Part shown: piece after piece, positions 1 to 12,900 of the stretch
Layout of the letters: the number at the start of each line of letters is the position of its first letter
Numbering within the stretch: the stretch's first letter is position 1
NCBI RefSeq assembly: GCF_036321535.1
Contig: NC_087436.1
Coordinates: forward strand, 2,914,001-2,978,000
Direction: 5' to 3'
DNA from: Camelus dromedarius
Lineage: Eukaryota
Length of the DNA stretch: 64,000 bases
Translations under genes and position numbers: made by a program
The notes under the pieces: model-generated
What the model was told of the DNA's origin: nothing
Database searches by the model: none
The model's input: only the letters and a program-made list of their open reading frames with translations

Positions 1-3000
1 TTTCCTAGTGCCGGTTTGAAGTTCCTGCAGTTTTCACTGTAAAACCGAGTTGGAGCTATTACCTCCCCATATATATGTATGGAGTGGAGTTTGCAATTGA
101 AAAGAAACTTTGTGTTCCCAACAAGCTTGGTTTTAGAAGGCTTTACATACACTTATCTCTCAGAACTGAGCATGTGGAGAGACGTTCGTTCATCTAGCAC
201 AAACGGAACGGGTTGCAGGAGAAACTTTTACTCTGGTTTCTCAGTCTGTTTCCTAGTGCAGGTTTGAACTTCCTGAAGTTTTCACTGTAAAACCGAGTTG
301 GAGCTAGTACCTCCCCATATATATATATGGAGTGGGGTTTCAAATGAAAAGAAAGATTGTGTTCCCAACAAGCTAGGTGAAGGACGGCTTTCACACACAA
401 TTACCTCTCAGAAATGAGCATGTGGAGAGACGTTCGTTCATCTAGCACAAAGGGAACGGTTTGCAGGAGAAACTTTTACTCTGGTTTCTCAGTCTGTTTC
501 CTAGTGCCGATTTGAAGTTCCTGCAGTTTTCACTGTAAAACCGAGTTGGAGCTTGTACCTCCCCATATATATGTATGGAGTGGGGTTTGCAAGTGAAAAG
601 AAACTTTGTGTTCCCAACAAGCTAGGTGAAGGACGGCTTTCACACAAAATTATCTCTCAGAACTGAGCATGTGGAGAGACGTTCTTTCATCTTGCATAAA
701 GTGAACGGGTTGCAGGAGAAACTTTTACTCTGGTTTCTCAGTCTGTTTCCTAGTGCCGTTTGAAGTTCCTGCAGTTTTCACTGTAAAACCGATTTGGAGC
801 TAGTACCTCCCCATATATATGTATGGAGTGGAGTTTGCAAGTGAAAAGAAACTTTGTGTTCCCAACAAGCTAGTTGAAGGCGGCTTTCAAACACAATTAT
901 CTCTCAGAACTGAGCATGTGGAGAGACGTTCATTCATCTAGCACAAATGGAACGGGTTGAAAGAAAAACTTTTACTCTGGTTTCTCAGTCTGTTTCCTAG
1001 TGCCGGTTTGAAGTTCCTGCAGTTTTCACTGTAAAACCGAGTTGGAGCTAGTACCTACCCACATATATGTATGGATTGGTGTTTGCAAGTGAAAAGAAAC
1101 TTTGTGTTCCCAACAAGCTAGTTGAAGGCGGCTTTCACACACAATTATCTCTCAGAACTGAGCATGTGGAGAGACGTTCGTTCATCTAGCACAAAGGGAA
1201 CGGGTTGCAGGAGAAACTTTTACTCTGGTTTCTCAGTCTGTTTCCTAGTGCCGGGATGAAGTTCCTGAATTTTTCACTGTAAAACCGAATTGGAGCTAGT
1301 ACCTCCCCATATATATGTATGGAGTGGGGTTTGCTACTGAAAAGAAACTTTGTGTTCCCAAAAGAAACGTGAAGGACGGCTTTCACACACACTTATCTCT
1401 CAGAACTGAGCATGTGGAGAGACGTTCGTTCATCTAGCACAAACGGAACGGGTTGCAGTAGAAACTTTTTCTCTGGTTTCTCAGTCTGTTTCCTAGTGCC
1501 GGTTTGAAGTTCCTGCAGTTTTCACTGTAAAACCGAGTTGGAGCTAGTACCTCCCCATATATACGTATGGAATGGGGTTTGCAAGTGAAAAGAAACTTTG
1601 TGTTCCCAACAAGCTAGCTGAAGGAAGGCTTTCACACACAATAATCTCTCAGAACTGAGCATGTGGAGAGACGTTCGTTCATCTAGCGCAAAGGGAACGG
1701 GTTGCAGGAGAAACTTTTACTCTGGTTTCTCAGTCTGTTTCCTAGTACCTTTTGAAGTTCCTGTAGTTTTCACTGTAAAACCGATTTGGAGCTAGTACCT
1801 CCCCATATATATGTATGGAGTGGAGTTTGCAAGTGAAAAGAAACTGTGTGTTCCCAACAAGCTAGTTGAAGGCGGCTTTCACACACAATTATCTCTCAAA
1901 ATTGAGCACGTGGAGAGACGTTCATTCATCTAGCACAAATGGAACGGGTTGAAGGAGAAACTTTTACTCTGGATTCTCAGTCTGTTTCCTAGTGCCGGTT
2001 TGAAGTTCCTGCAGTTTTCACTGTAAAATCGAGTTCGAGCTAGTACCTCCCCATATATATGTATGGAGTGGAGTTTGAAAGTGAAAAGAAAATTTGTGTT
2101 ATCAAAAAGCTAGTTGAAGGCCGCTTTCACACACAATTATCTCTCAGAACTGAGCATGTGGAGAGACGTTCGTTCATCTAGCACAAAGGGAACGGGTTGC
2201 AGGAGAAACCTTTACTCTGGTTTCTCAGTCTGTTTCCTATTGCCGTTTGGAAGTTCCTTCAGTTTTCAATGAAAAACTGTGTTGGAGCTAGTACCTCCCC
2301 ATATATATGTATGGATTGGTGTTTGCAACTGAATAGATACTTTGTGTTCCCAACAAGCTTGTTGAAGTACGGCTTTCACATACAATTATCTCTCAGAACT
2401 GAGCATGTGGAGAGACGTTCGTTCATCTAGCACAAACGGAACGGGTTGCAGTAGAAACTATTTCTCTGGTTTCTCAGTCTGTTTCCTAGTGCCGGTTTGA
2501 AGTTCCTGCAGTTTTCACTGTAAAACCGAGTTGGAGCTATTACCTCCCCATATATATGTGTGGAGTGGAGTTTGCAATTGAAAAGAAACTTTGTGTTCCC
2601 AAAAGAAAATGAAGGACGGCTTTCACACACACTTATCTCTCTGAACTGAGCATGTGGAGAGACGTTCGTTCATCTAGCACAAAGGGAACGGGTTGCAGGA
2701 GAAACTTTTACTCTGGTTTCTCAGTCTGTTTCCTAGTGCCGGGATGTATTTCCTGAATTTTTCACTGTAAAACCGAATTGGAGCTAGTACCTCCCCATAT
2801 ATATGTGTGGAGTGGGGTTTGCAACTGAAAAGAAACTTTGTGTTCCCAACAAGCTATTTGAAGGACGGCTTTCACACACACTTATCTCTCAGAAGTGAGC
2901 ATGTGGAGAGACGTTCGTTCATCTAGCACAAATGGAACGGATTGCAGGAGAAACCTTTACTCTGGTTTCTCAGTCTGTTTCCTAGTGCCGTTTGGAAGTT

Positions 3001-3226
3001 CCTTCTGTTTTCAATGAAAAACTGTGTTGGAGCTAGTACCTCCCCATATATATGTATGGATTGGTGTTTGCAACTGAAAAGATACTTTGTGTTCCCAACA
3101 AGCTTGGTGAAGGACGGCTTTCACATACAATTATCTCTCAGAACTGAGCATGTGGAAAGACGTTCGTTCATCTAGCACAAACGGAACGGGTTGCAGTAGA
3201 AACTTTTTCTCTGGTTTCTCAGTCTG
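1..3226. repeat. More diverged left satellite segment (13 monomers, many private variants)
   Basis: Monomers resemble core classes but carry variants I did not see repeated elsewhere, e.g. GGTTTTAGAAGG (~129), AAAGATTGT (~352), TAGTACCTTTTG (~1743), GTTATCAAAAAG (~2098). Confidence 0.7.
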
Positions 3227-6200
3227 TTTCCTAGTGCCGGGTTGAAGTTCCTGCAGTTTTCACTGTAAAACCGAGTTGGAGCTAGTACCTCCCCATATAT
3301 ACGTATGGAGTGAGGTTTGCAAGTGAAAAGAAACTTTGTGTTCCCAACAAGTTATGTGAAGGAAGGCTTTCACACACAATTATCCCTCAGAACTGAGCAT
3401 GTGGAGAGACGTTCGTTCATCTAGCGCAAAGGGAACGGGTTGCAGGAGAAACTTTTACTCTGGTTTCTCAGTCTGTTTCCTAGTGCCGTTTGAAGTTCCT
3501 GCAGTTTTCACTGTAAAACCGATTTGGAGCTAGTACCTCCCCATATATATGTATGGAGTGGAGTTTGCAAGTGAAAAGAAACTTTGTGTTCCCAACAAGC
3601 TAGTTGAAGGCGGCTTTCAAACACAATTATCTCTCAGAACTGTGCATGTGGAGAGACGTTCATTCAACTAGCACAAATGGAACGGGTTGAAGGAGAAACT
3701 TTTACTCTGGATTCTCAGTCTGTTTCCTAGTGCCGGTTTGAAGTTCCTGCAGTTTTCACTGTAAAACCGAGTTGGAGCTAGTACCTCCCCATATATATGT
3801 ATGCAGTGGTGTTTGCAAGTGAAAAGAAACTTTGTGTTCCCAACAAGCTAGTTGAAGGCGGCTTTCACACACAATTATCTCTCAGAACTGAGCATGTGGA
3901 GAGACGTTCGTTCATCTAGCACAAAGGGAACGGGTTGCAGGAGCAACTTTTACTCTGGTTTCTCAGTCTGTTTCCTAGTGCCGGGATGAAGTTCCTGAAT
4001 TTTTCACTGTAAAACCGAATTGGAGCTAGTACCTCCCCATATATAGGTATGGAGTGGGGTTTGCAACTGAAAAGAAACTTTGTGTTCCCAACAAGATATG
4101 TGAAGGACGGCTTTCACACACACTTATCTCTCAGAACTGAGCATGTGGAGAGACGTTCGTTCATCTAGCACGAATGGAACGGATTGCAGGAGAAACCTTT
4201 ACTCTGGTTTCTCAGTCTGTTTCCTAGTGCCGTTTGGAAGTTCGTTCAGTTTTCAATGAAAAACTGTGTTGGGGCTAGTACCTCCCCATATATATGTATG
4301 GATTGGTGTTTGCAACTGAAAAGATACTTTGTGTTCCCAACAAGCTTGGTGAAGGACGGCTTTCACATACAATTATGTCTCAGAACTGAGCATGTGGAGA
4401 GACGTTCGTTCATCTAGCACAAACGGAACGGGTTGCAGTAGAAACTTTTTCTCTGGTTTCTCAGTCTGTTTCCTAGTGCCGGTTTGAAGTTCCTGCAGTT
4501 TTCACTGTAAAACCGAGTTGGAGCTAGTACCTCCCCATATATACGTATGGAATGGGGTTTGCAAGTGAAAAGAAACTTTGTGTTCCCAACAAGCTAGCTG
4601 AAGGAAGGCTTTCACACACAATAATCTCTCAGAACTGAGCATGTGTAGAGAAGTTCGTTCATCTAGCGCAAAGGGAACGGGTTGCAGGAGAAACTTTTAC
4701 TCTGGTTTCTCAGTCTGTTTCCTAGTGCCGTTTGAAGTTCCTGTAGTTTTCACTGTAAAACCGATTTGGAGCTAGTACCTCCCCATATATATGTATGGAG
4801 TGGAGATTGCAAGTGAAAAGAAACTTTGTGTTCCCAACAAGCTAGTTGAAGGCGGCTTTCACACACAATTATCTCTCAAAACTGAGCACGTGGAGAGACG
4901 TTCATTCATCTAGCACAAATGGAACGGGTTGAAGGAGAAACTTTTACTCTGGATTCTCAGTCTGTTTCCTAGTGCCGGTTTGAAGTTCCTGCAGTTTTCA
5001 CTGTAAAATCGAGTTGGAGCTAGTACCTCCCCATATATATGTATGGAGTGGAGTTTGAAAGTGAAAAGAAAATTTGTGTTCCCAACAAGCTAGTTGAAGG
5101 CCGCTTTCACACACAATTATCTCTCAGAACTGAGCATGTGGAGAGACGTTCGTTCATCTAGCACAAAGGGAACGGGTTGCAGGAGAAACCTTTTCTCTGG
5201 TTTCTCAGTCTGTTTCCTACTGCCGTTTGGAAGTTCCTTCAGTTTTCAATGAAAAACTGTGTTGGAGCTAGTACCTCCCCATATATATGTAAGGATTGGT
5301 GTTTGCAACTGAAAAGATACTTTGTGTTCCCAACAAGCTTGTTGAAGTACGGCTTTCACATACACTTATCTCTCAGACCTGAGCATGTGGAGAGACTTTC
5401 GTTCATCTAGCACAAAGGGAACGGGTGGCAGGAGAAACTTTACTCTGGTTTCTCAGTCTGTTTCCTAGTGCAGGTTGTAAGTTCCTTCAATTTTCAATGA
5501 AAAGAGTGTTGGAGCTAGTACCTCCCCATATATATGTATGGATTGGTGTTTGCAACTGAAAAGAAACTTTGTGTTCCCAACAAGCTTGGTGAAGTTCGGC
5601 TTTCACTTACACTTATCTCTCAGAACTGAGCATGTGGAGAGACGTTCGTTCATCTCACACAAACGGAACTGGTTGCAGTAGAAACTTTTACTCTGGTTTC
5701 TCAGTCTGTTTCCTAGTGCCGGTTTGAAGTTCCTGCAGTTTTCACTTTAAAACCGAGTTGGAGCTAGTACCTCCCCATATATATGTATGGAGTGGGGTTT
5801 GCAAGTGGAAAGAAACTTTGTGTTCCCAACAATCTAGTTGAAGGACGGCTTTCACACACACTTCTCTCTCAGAACTGAGCACGTGGAGAGACGTTCATTC
5901 ATCTAGCACAAATGGAACGGGTTGCAGGAGAATCTTTTACTCTGGTTTCTCAGTCTGTTTCCTAGTGCCGTTTTGAAGTTCCTGCAGTTTTCAATGTAAA
6001 ACCGTGTTGGAGCTAGTACCTCCCCATATATATGTATGGAATGGAGTTAGCAAGTGAAAAGAAACTTTGTGTTCCCAACAAGCTATGTGAATGACGGCTT
6101 TCACACACAATTATCTCTCAGAAATGAGCATGTGGTGAGACGTTCGTTCATCTAGCACAAAGGGAACGGGTTGCAGGAGAATCTTTTACTCTGGTTTCTC

Positions 6201-7200
6201 AGTCTGTTTCCTAGTGCCGGTTTGATGTTCCTGCAGGTTTCACTGTAAAACAGAGTTGGAGCTAGTACCCCCCCATATATATGTATGGATTGGAGTTTGC
6301 AAGAGAAAAGAATCTTTCTGTTCCCAACAAGCTGGGTGAAGAACGGCTTTCACACACACTTATCTCTCAGAACTGAGCATGTGGAGAGAATTTCGTTCAT
6401 CTAGCACAAAGGGAACGGATTGCAGGAGAAACTTTTACTCTGGTTTCTCAGTCTGTTTACTAGTGCCGGTTGGAATTTCCTTCAGTTTTCAATGAAAAAC
6501 AGTGTTGGAGCTAGTACCTCCCCATATATATGTATGGATTGGTGTTTGCAACTGAAAAGAACTTTGTGTTCCCAACAAGCTTGGTGAAGGACTGCTTTCT
6601 CATACAATTATCACTCAGAAATGAGCATGTGGAGAGACGTTCTTTCATCTTGCATAAAGTGAACGGGTTGCAGCAGAAACTTTTACTCTGGTTTCTCTGT
6701 CTCTTTCCTAGTGCAGGTTTGAAGTTCCTGCAGTTTTCACTGTAAAACCGAGTTGGAACTATTACTTCCTCATATATATGTATGGAGTGGAGTTTGCAAT
6801 TGAAAAGAAACTTTCTGTTCCCAAAAGAAACGTGAAGGACGGCTTTCACACACACGTATCTCTCAGAACTGAGCATGTGGAGAGACGTTCGTTCATCTAG
6901 CACAAATGGAACGGGTTGCAGGAGAAACTTTTTCTCTGGTTTCTCAGTCTGTTTCCTAGTGCCGGGATGATGTTCCTGAATTTTTCACTGTAAAACCGAA
7001 TTGGAGCTAGTACCTCCCCATATATATGTGTGGAGTGGGGTTTGCAACTGAAAAGAAACTTTGTGTTCCCAACAAGCTATGTGAAGGACGGCTTTCACAC
7101 ACACTTATCTCTCAGAAGTGAGCATGTGGAGAGACTTTCGTTCATCTAGCACAAATGGAACGGGTTGAAGGAGAAACTTTTACTCTGGATTCTCAGTCTG
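3227..7200. repeat. 16-mer HOR unit (3974 bp): Q R S M A1 B C D A2 E F G H I J K
   Basis: Class Q (GCCGGGTTG, AAGTTATGTG, ATCCCTC) starts at 3227 and 7201. The same 3974 period is seen further right in ORF offsets 13873->17847, 14866->18840 and 16219->20193. Confidence 0.85.
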
Positions 7201-9932
7201 TTTCCTAGTGCCGGGTTGAAGTTCCTGCAGTTTTCACTGTAAAACCGAGTTGGAGCTAGTACCTCCCCATATATACGTATGGAGTGAGGTTTGCAAGTGA
7301 AAAGAAACTTTGTGTTCCCAACAAGTTATGTGAAGGAAGGCTTTCACACACAATTATCCCTCAGAACTGAGCATGTGGAGAGACGTTCGTTCATCTAGCG
7401 CAAAGGGAACGGGTTGCAGGAGAAACTTTTACTCTGGTTTCTCAGTCTGTTTCCTAGTGCCGTTTGAAGTTCCTGCAGTTTTCACTGTAAAACCGATTTG
7501 GAGCTAGTACCTCCCCATATATATGTATGGAGTGGAGTTTGCAAGTGAAAAGAAACTTTGTGTTCCCAACAAGCTAGTTGAAGGCGGCTTTCAAACACAA
7601 TTATCTCTCAGAACTGTGCATGTGGAGAGACGTTCGTTCATCTAGCACGAATGGAACGGATTGCAGGAGAAACCTTTACTCTGGTTTCTCAGTCTGTTTC
7701 CTAGTGCCGGTTTGAAGTTCCTGCAGTTTTCACTGTAAAATCGAGTTGGAGCTAGTACCTCCCCATATATATGTATGGAGTGGAGTTTGAAAGTGAAGAG
7801 AAAATTTGTGTTCCCAACAAGCTAGTTGAAGGCCGCTTTCACACACAATTATCTCTCAGAACTGAGCATGTGGAGAGACGTTCGTTCATCTAGCACAAAG
7901 GGAACGGGTTGCAGGAGAAACCTTTTCTCTGGTTTCTCAGTCTGTTTCCTACTGCCGTTTGGAAGTTCCTTCAGTTTTCAATGAAAAACTGTGTTGGAGC
8001 TAGTACCTCCCCATATATATGTAAGGATTGGTGTTTGCAACTGAAAAGATACTTTGTGTTCCCAACAAGCTTGTTGAAGTACGGCTTTCACATACACTTA
8101 TCTCTCAGACCTGAGCATGTGGAGAGACTTTCGTTCATCTAGCACAAAGGGAACGGGTGGCAGGAGAAACTTTACTCTGGTTTCTCAGTCTGTTTCCTAG
8201 TGCAGGTTGTAAGTTCCTTCAATTTTCAATGAAAAGAGTGTTGGAGCTAGTACCTCCCCATATATATGTATGGATTGGTGTTTGCAACTGAAAAGAAACT
8301 TTGTGTTCCCAACAAGCTTGGTGAAGTTCGGCTTTCACTTACACTTATCTCTCAGAACTGAGCATGTGGAGAGACGTTCGTTCATCTCACACAAACGGAA
8401 CTGGTTGCAGTAGAAACTTTTACTCTGGTTTCTCAGTCTGTTTCCTAGTGCCGGTTTGAAGTTCCTGCAGTTTTCACTTTAAAACCGAGTTGGAGCTAGT
8501 ACCTCCCCATATATATGTATGGAGTGGGGTTTGCAAGTGGAAAGAAACTTTGTGTTCCCAACAATCTAGTTGAAGGACGGCTTTCACACACACTTCTCTC
8601 TCAGAACTGAGCACGTGGAGAGACGTTCATTCATCTAGCACAAATGGAACGGGTTGCAGGAGAATCTTTTACTCTGGTTTCTCAGTCTGTTTCCTAGTGC
8701 CGTTTTGAAGTTCCTGCAGTTTTCAATGTAAAACCGTGTTGGAGCTAGTACCTCCCCATATATATGTATGGAATGGAGTTAGCAAGTGAAAAGAAACTTT
8801 GTGTTCCCAACAAGCTATGTGAATGACGGCTTTCACACACAATTATCTCTCAGAAATGAGCATGTGGTGAGACGTTCGTTCATCTAGCACAAAGGGAACG
8901 GGTTGCAGGAGAATCTTTTACTCTGGTTTCTCAGTCTGTTTCCTAGTGCCGGTTTGATGTTCCTGCAGGTTTCACTGTAAAACAGAGTTGGAGCTAGTAC
9001 CCCCCCATATATATGTATGGATTGGAGTTTGCAAGAGAAAAGAATCTTTCTGTTCCCAACAAGCTGGGTGAAGAACGGCTTTCACACACACTTATCTCTC
9101 AGAACTGAGCATGTGGAGAGAATTTCGTTCATCTAGCACAAAGGGAACGGATTGCAGGAGAAACTTTTACTCTGGTTTCTCAGTCTGTTTACTAGTGCCG
9201 GTTGGAATTTCCTTCAGTTTTCAATGAAAAACAGTGTTGGAGCTAGTACCTCCCCATATATATGTATGGATTGGTGTTTGCAACTGAAAAGAACTTTGTG
9301 TTCCCAACAAGCTTGGTGAAGGACTGCTTTCTCATACAATTATCACTCAGAAATGAGCATGTGGAGAGACGTTCTTTCATCTTGCATAAAGTGAACGGGT
9401 TGCAGGAGAAACTTTTACTCTGGTTTCTCTGTCTCTTTCCTAGTGCAGGTTTGAAGTTCCTGCAGTTTTCACTGTAAAACCGAGTTGGAGCTATTACTTC
9501 CCCATATATATGTATGGAGTGGAGTTTGCAATTGAAAAGAAACTTTCTGTTCCCAAAAGAAACGTGAAGGACGGCTTTCACACACACGTATCTCTCAGAA
9601 CTGAGCATGTGGAGAGACGTTCGTTCATCTAGCACAAATGGAACGGGTTGCAGGAGAAACTTTTTCTCTGGTTTCTCAGTCTGTTTCCTAGTGCCGGGAT
9701 GATGTTCCTGAATTTTTCACTGTAAAACCGAATTGGAGCTAGTACCTCCCCATATATATGTGTGGAGTGGGGTTTGCAACTGAAAAGAAACTTTGTGTTC
9801 CCAACAAGCTATGTGAAGGACGGCTTTCACACACACTTATCTCTCAGAAGTGAGCATGTGGAGAGACTTTCGTTCATCTAGCACAAATGGAACGGGTTGA
9901 AGGAGAAACTTTTACTCTGGATTCTCAGTCTG
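4965..9932. repeat. 11-monomer period (2732 bp): block D A2 E F G H I J K repeated
   Basis: ORF offsets 5177->7909, 6511->9243 and 6530->9262 are all 2732. Class D starts at 4965 and 7697. Confidence 0.85.
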
Positions 9933-12900
9933 TTTCCTAGTGCCGGTTTGAAGTTCCTGCAGTTTTCACTGTAAAACCGAGTTGGAGCTAGTACCTACCC
10001 ATATATATGTATGGAGTGGTGTTTGCAAGTGAAAAGAAACTTTGTGTTCCCAACAAGCTAGTTGAAGGCGGCTTTCACACACAATTATCTCTCAGAATTG
10101 AGCATGTGGAGAGACGTTCGTTCATCTAGCACAAAGGGAACGGGTTGCAGGAGAAACTTTTACTCTGGTTTCTCAGTCTGTTTCCTAGTGCCGGGATGAA
10201 GTTCCTGAATTTTTCACTGTAAAACCGAATTGGAGCTAGTACCTCCCCATATATAGGTATGGAGTGGGGTTTGCAACTGAAAAGAAACTTTGTGTTCCCA
10301 ACAAGATATGTGAAGGACGGCTTTCACACACACTTATCTCTCAGAACTGAGCATGTGGAGAGACGTTCGTTCATCTAGCACGAATGGAACGGATTGCAGG
10401 AGAAACCTTTACTCTGGTTTCTCAGTCTGTTTCCTAGTGCCGTTTGGAAGTTCGTTCAGTTTTCAATGAAAAACTGTGTTGGGGCTAGTACCTCCCCATA
10501 TATATGTATGGATTGGTGTTTGCAACTGAAAAGATACTTTGTGTTCCCAACAAGCTTGGTGAAGGACGGCTTTCACATACAATTATCTCTCAGAACTGAG
10601 CATGTGGAGAGACGTTCGTTCATCTAGCACAAACGGAACGGGTTGCAGTAGAAACTTTTTCTCTGGTTTCTCAGTCTGTTTCCTAGTGCCGGTTTGAAGT
10701 TCCTGCAGTTTTCACTGTAAAACCGAGTTGGAGCTTGTACCTCCCCATATATACTTATGGAATGGGGTTTGCAAGTGAAAAGAAACTTTGTGTTCCCAAC
10801 AAGCTAGCTGAAGGAAGGCTTTCACACACAATAATCTCTCAGAACTGAGCATGTGGAGAGACGTTCGTTCATCTAGCGCAAAGTGAACGGGTTTCAGGAG
10901 AAACTTTTACTCTGGTTTCTCAGTCTGTTTCCTAGTGCCGGTTTGAAGTTCCTGCAGTTTTCAAGTTAAAACCGAGTTGGAGCTAGAACCTCCCATATAC
11001 ATGTATGGAGCGGAGTTTGCAAGTGAAAAGAAACTTTGTGTTCCCAACAAGCTTGGTGAAGGACGGCTTTCACATACAATAATCTCTCAGAAATGAGCAT
11101 GTGGAGAGACGCCCGTTCAACTAGCACAAAGGGAACGGGTTGCAGGAGAAACTTTTACTCTGGTTTCTCAGTCTTTTTCCTAGTGCCGGTTTGAAGTTCC
11201 TGCAGTTTTCACTGTAAAACCGAGTTGGAGCTAGTACCTCCCCATATATATGTATGGACTGGAGTTTGCAACTGAAAAGAAACTTTGTGTTCCCAACAAG
11301 CTGGGTGAAGGACGGATTTCACACACACTTATCTCTCAGAACTGAGCATGTGGAGAGAATTTCGTTCATCTAGCACAAAGGGAATGGATTGCAGGAGAAA
11401 CTTTTACTCTGGTTTCTCAGTCTGTTTACTAGTGCCGGTTGGATTTTCCTTCAGTTTTCAATGAAAAACAGTGTTGGAGCTAGTACCTCCCCATATATAT
11501 GTATGGATTGGTGTTTGCAACTGAAAAGAACTTTGTGTTCCCAACAAGCTTGGTGAAGGACTGCTTTCTCATACACTTATCACTCAGAAATTAGCATGTG
11601 GAGAGACGTTCTTTCATCTTGCATAAAGTGAACGGGTTGCAGGAGAAACTTTTACTCTGGTTTCTCTATCTCTTTCCTAGTGCAGGTTTGAAGTTCCTGC
11701 AGTTTTCACTGTAAAACCGAGTTGGAGCTATTACTTCCCCATATATATGTATGGAGTGGAGTTTGCAATTGAAAAGAAACTTTGTGTTCCCAAAAGAAAC
11801 GTGAAGGGCGGCTTTCACACACACGTATCTCTCAGAACTGAGCATGTGGAGAGACGTTCGTTCATCTAGCACAAATGGAACGGGTTGCAGGAGAAACTTT
11901 TTCTCTGGTTTCTCAGTCTGTTTCCTAGTGCCGGGATGATGTTCCTGAATTTTTCACTGTAAAACCGAATTGGAGCTAGTACCTCCCCATATATATGTGT
12001 GGAGTGGGGTTTGCAACTGAAAAGAAACTTTGTGTTCCCAACAAGCTATGTGAAGGACGGCTTTCACACACACTTATCTCTCAGAAGTGAGCATGTGGAG
12101 AGACTTTCGTTCATCTAGCACAAATGGAACGGGTTGAAGGAGAAACTTTTACTCTGGATTCTCAGTCTGTTTCCTAGTGCCGGTTTGAAGTTCCTGCAGT
12201 TTTCACTGTAAAACCGAGTTGGAGCTAGTACCTCCCCATATATATGTATGGAGTGGTGTTTGCAAGTGAAAAGAAACTTTGTGTTCCCAACAAGCTAGTT
12301 GAAGGCGGCTTTCACACACAATTATCTCTCAGAATTGAGCATGTGGAGAGACGTTCGTTCATCTAGCACAAAGGGAACTGGTTGCAGGAGAATCTTTTAC
12401 TCTGGTTTCTCAGTCTGTTTCCTAGTGCCGGTTTGATGTTCCTGCAGGTTTCACTGTAAAACAGAGTTGGAGCTAGTACCTCCCCATATATATGTATGGA
12501 CTGGAGTTTGCAACTGAAAAGAAACTTTGTGTTCCCAACAAGCTGGGTGAAGGACGGATTTCACACACACTTATCTCTCAGAACTGAGCATGTGGAGAGA
12601 ATTTCGTTCATCTAGCACAAAGGGAACGGATTGCAGGAGAAACTTTTACTCTGGTTTCTCAGTCTGTTTCCTAGTGCCGGTTGGAATTTCCTTCAGTTTT
12701 CAATGAAAAACAGTGTTAGAGCTAGTACCTCCCCATATATATGTATGGATTGGTGTTTGCAACTGAAAAGAACTTTGTGTTCCCAACAAGCTTGGTGAAG
12801 GACTGCTTTCTCATACAATTATCACTCAGAAATGAGCATGTGGAGAGACGTTCTTTTATCTTGCATAAAGTGAACGGGTTGCAGGAGAAACTTTTACTCT

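Noticed and set aside
68..82. TATA-like ATATATAT tract as a promoter or microsatellite
   Set aside because: It is a short, nearly fixed-length part of every monomer with no downstream gene, so promoter activity cannot be supported from sequence.
1176..1205. CENP-B-box-like halves GTTCGTT...GGAACGGG in most monomers
   Set aside because: The canonical box TTCGnnnnAnnCGGG has CGGG 11 bp after the start of TTCG. Here it is 24 bp and the required A is absent. CCCG sites on the other strand also fail the pattern.
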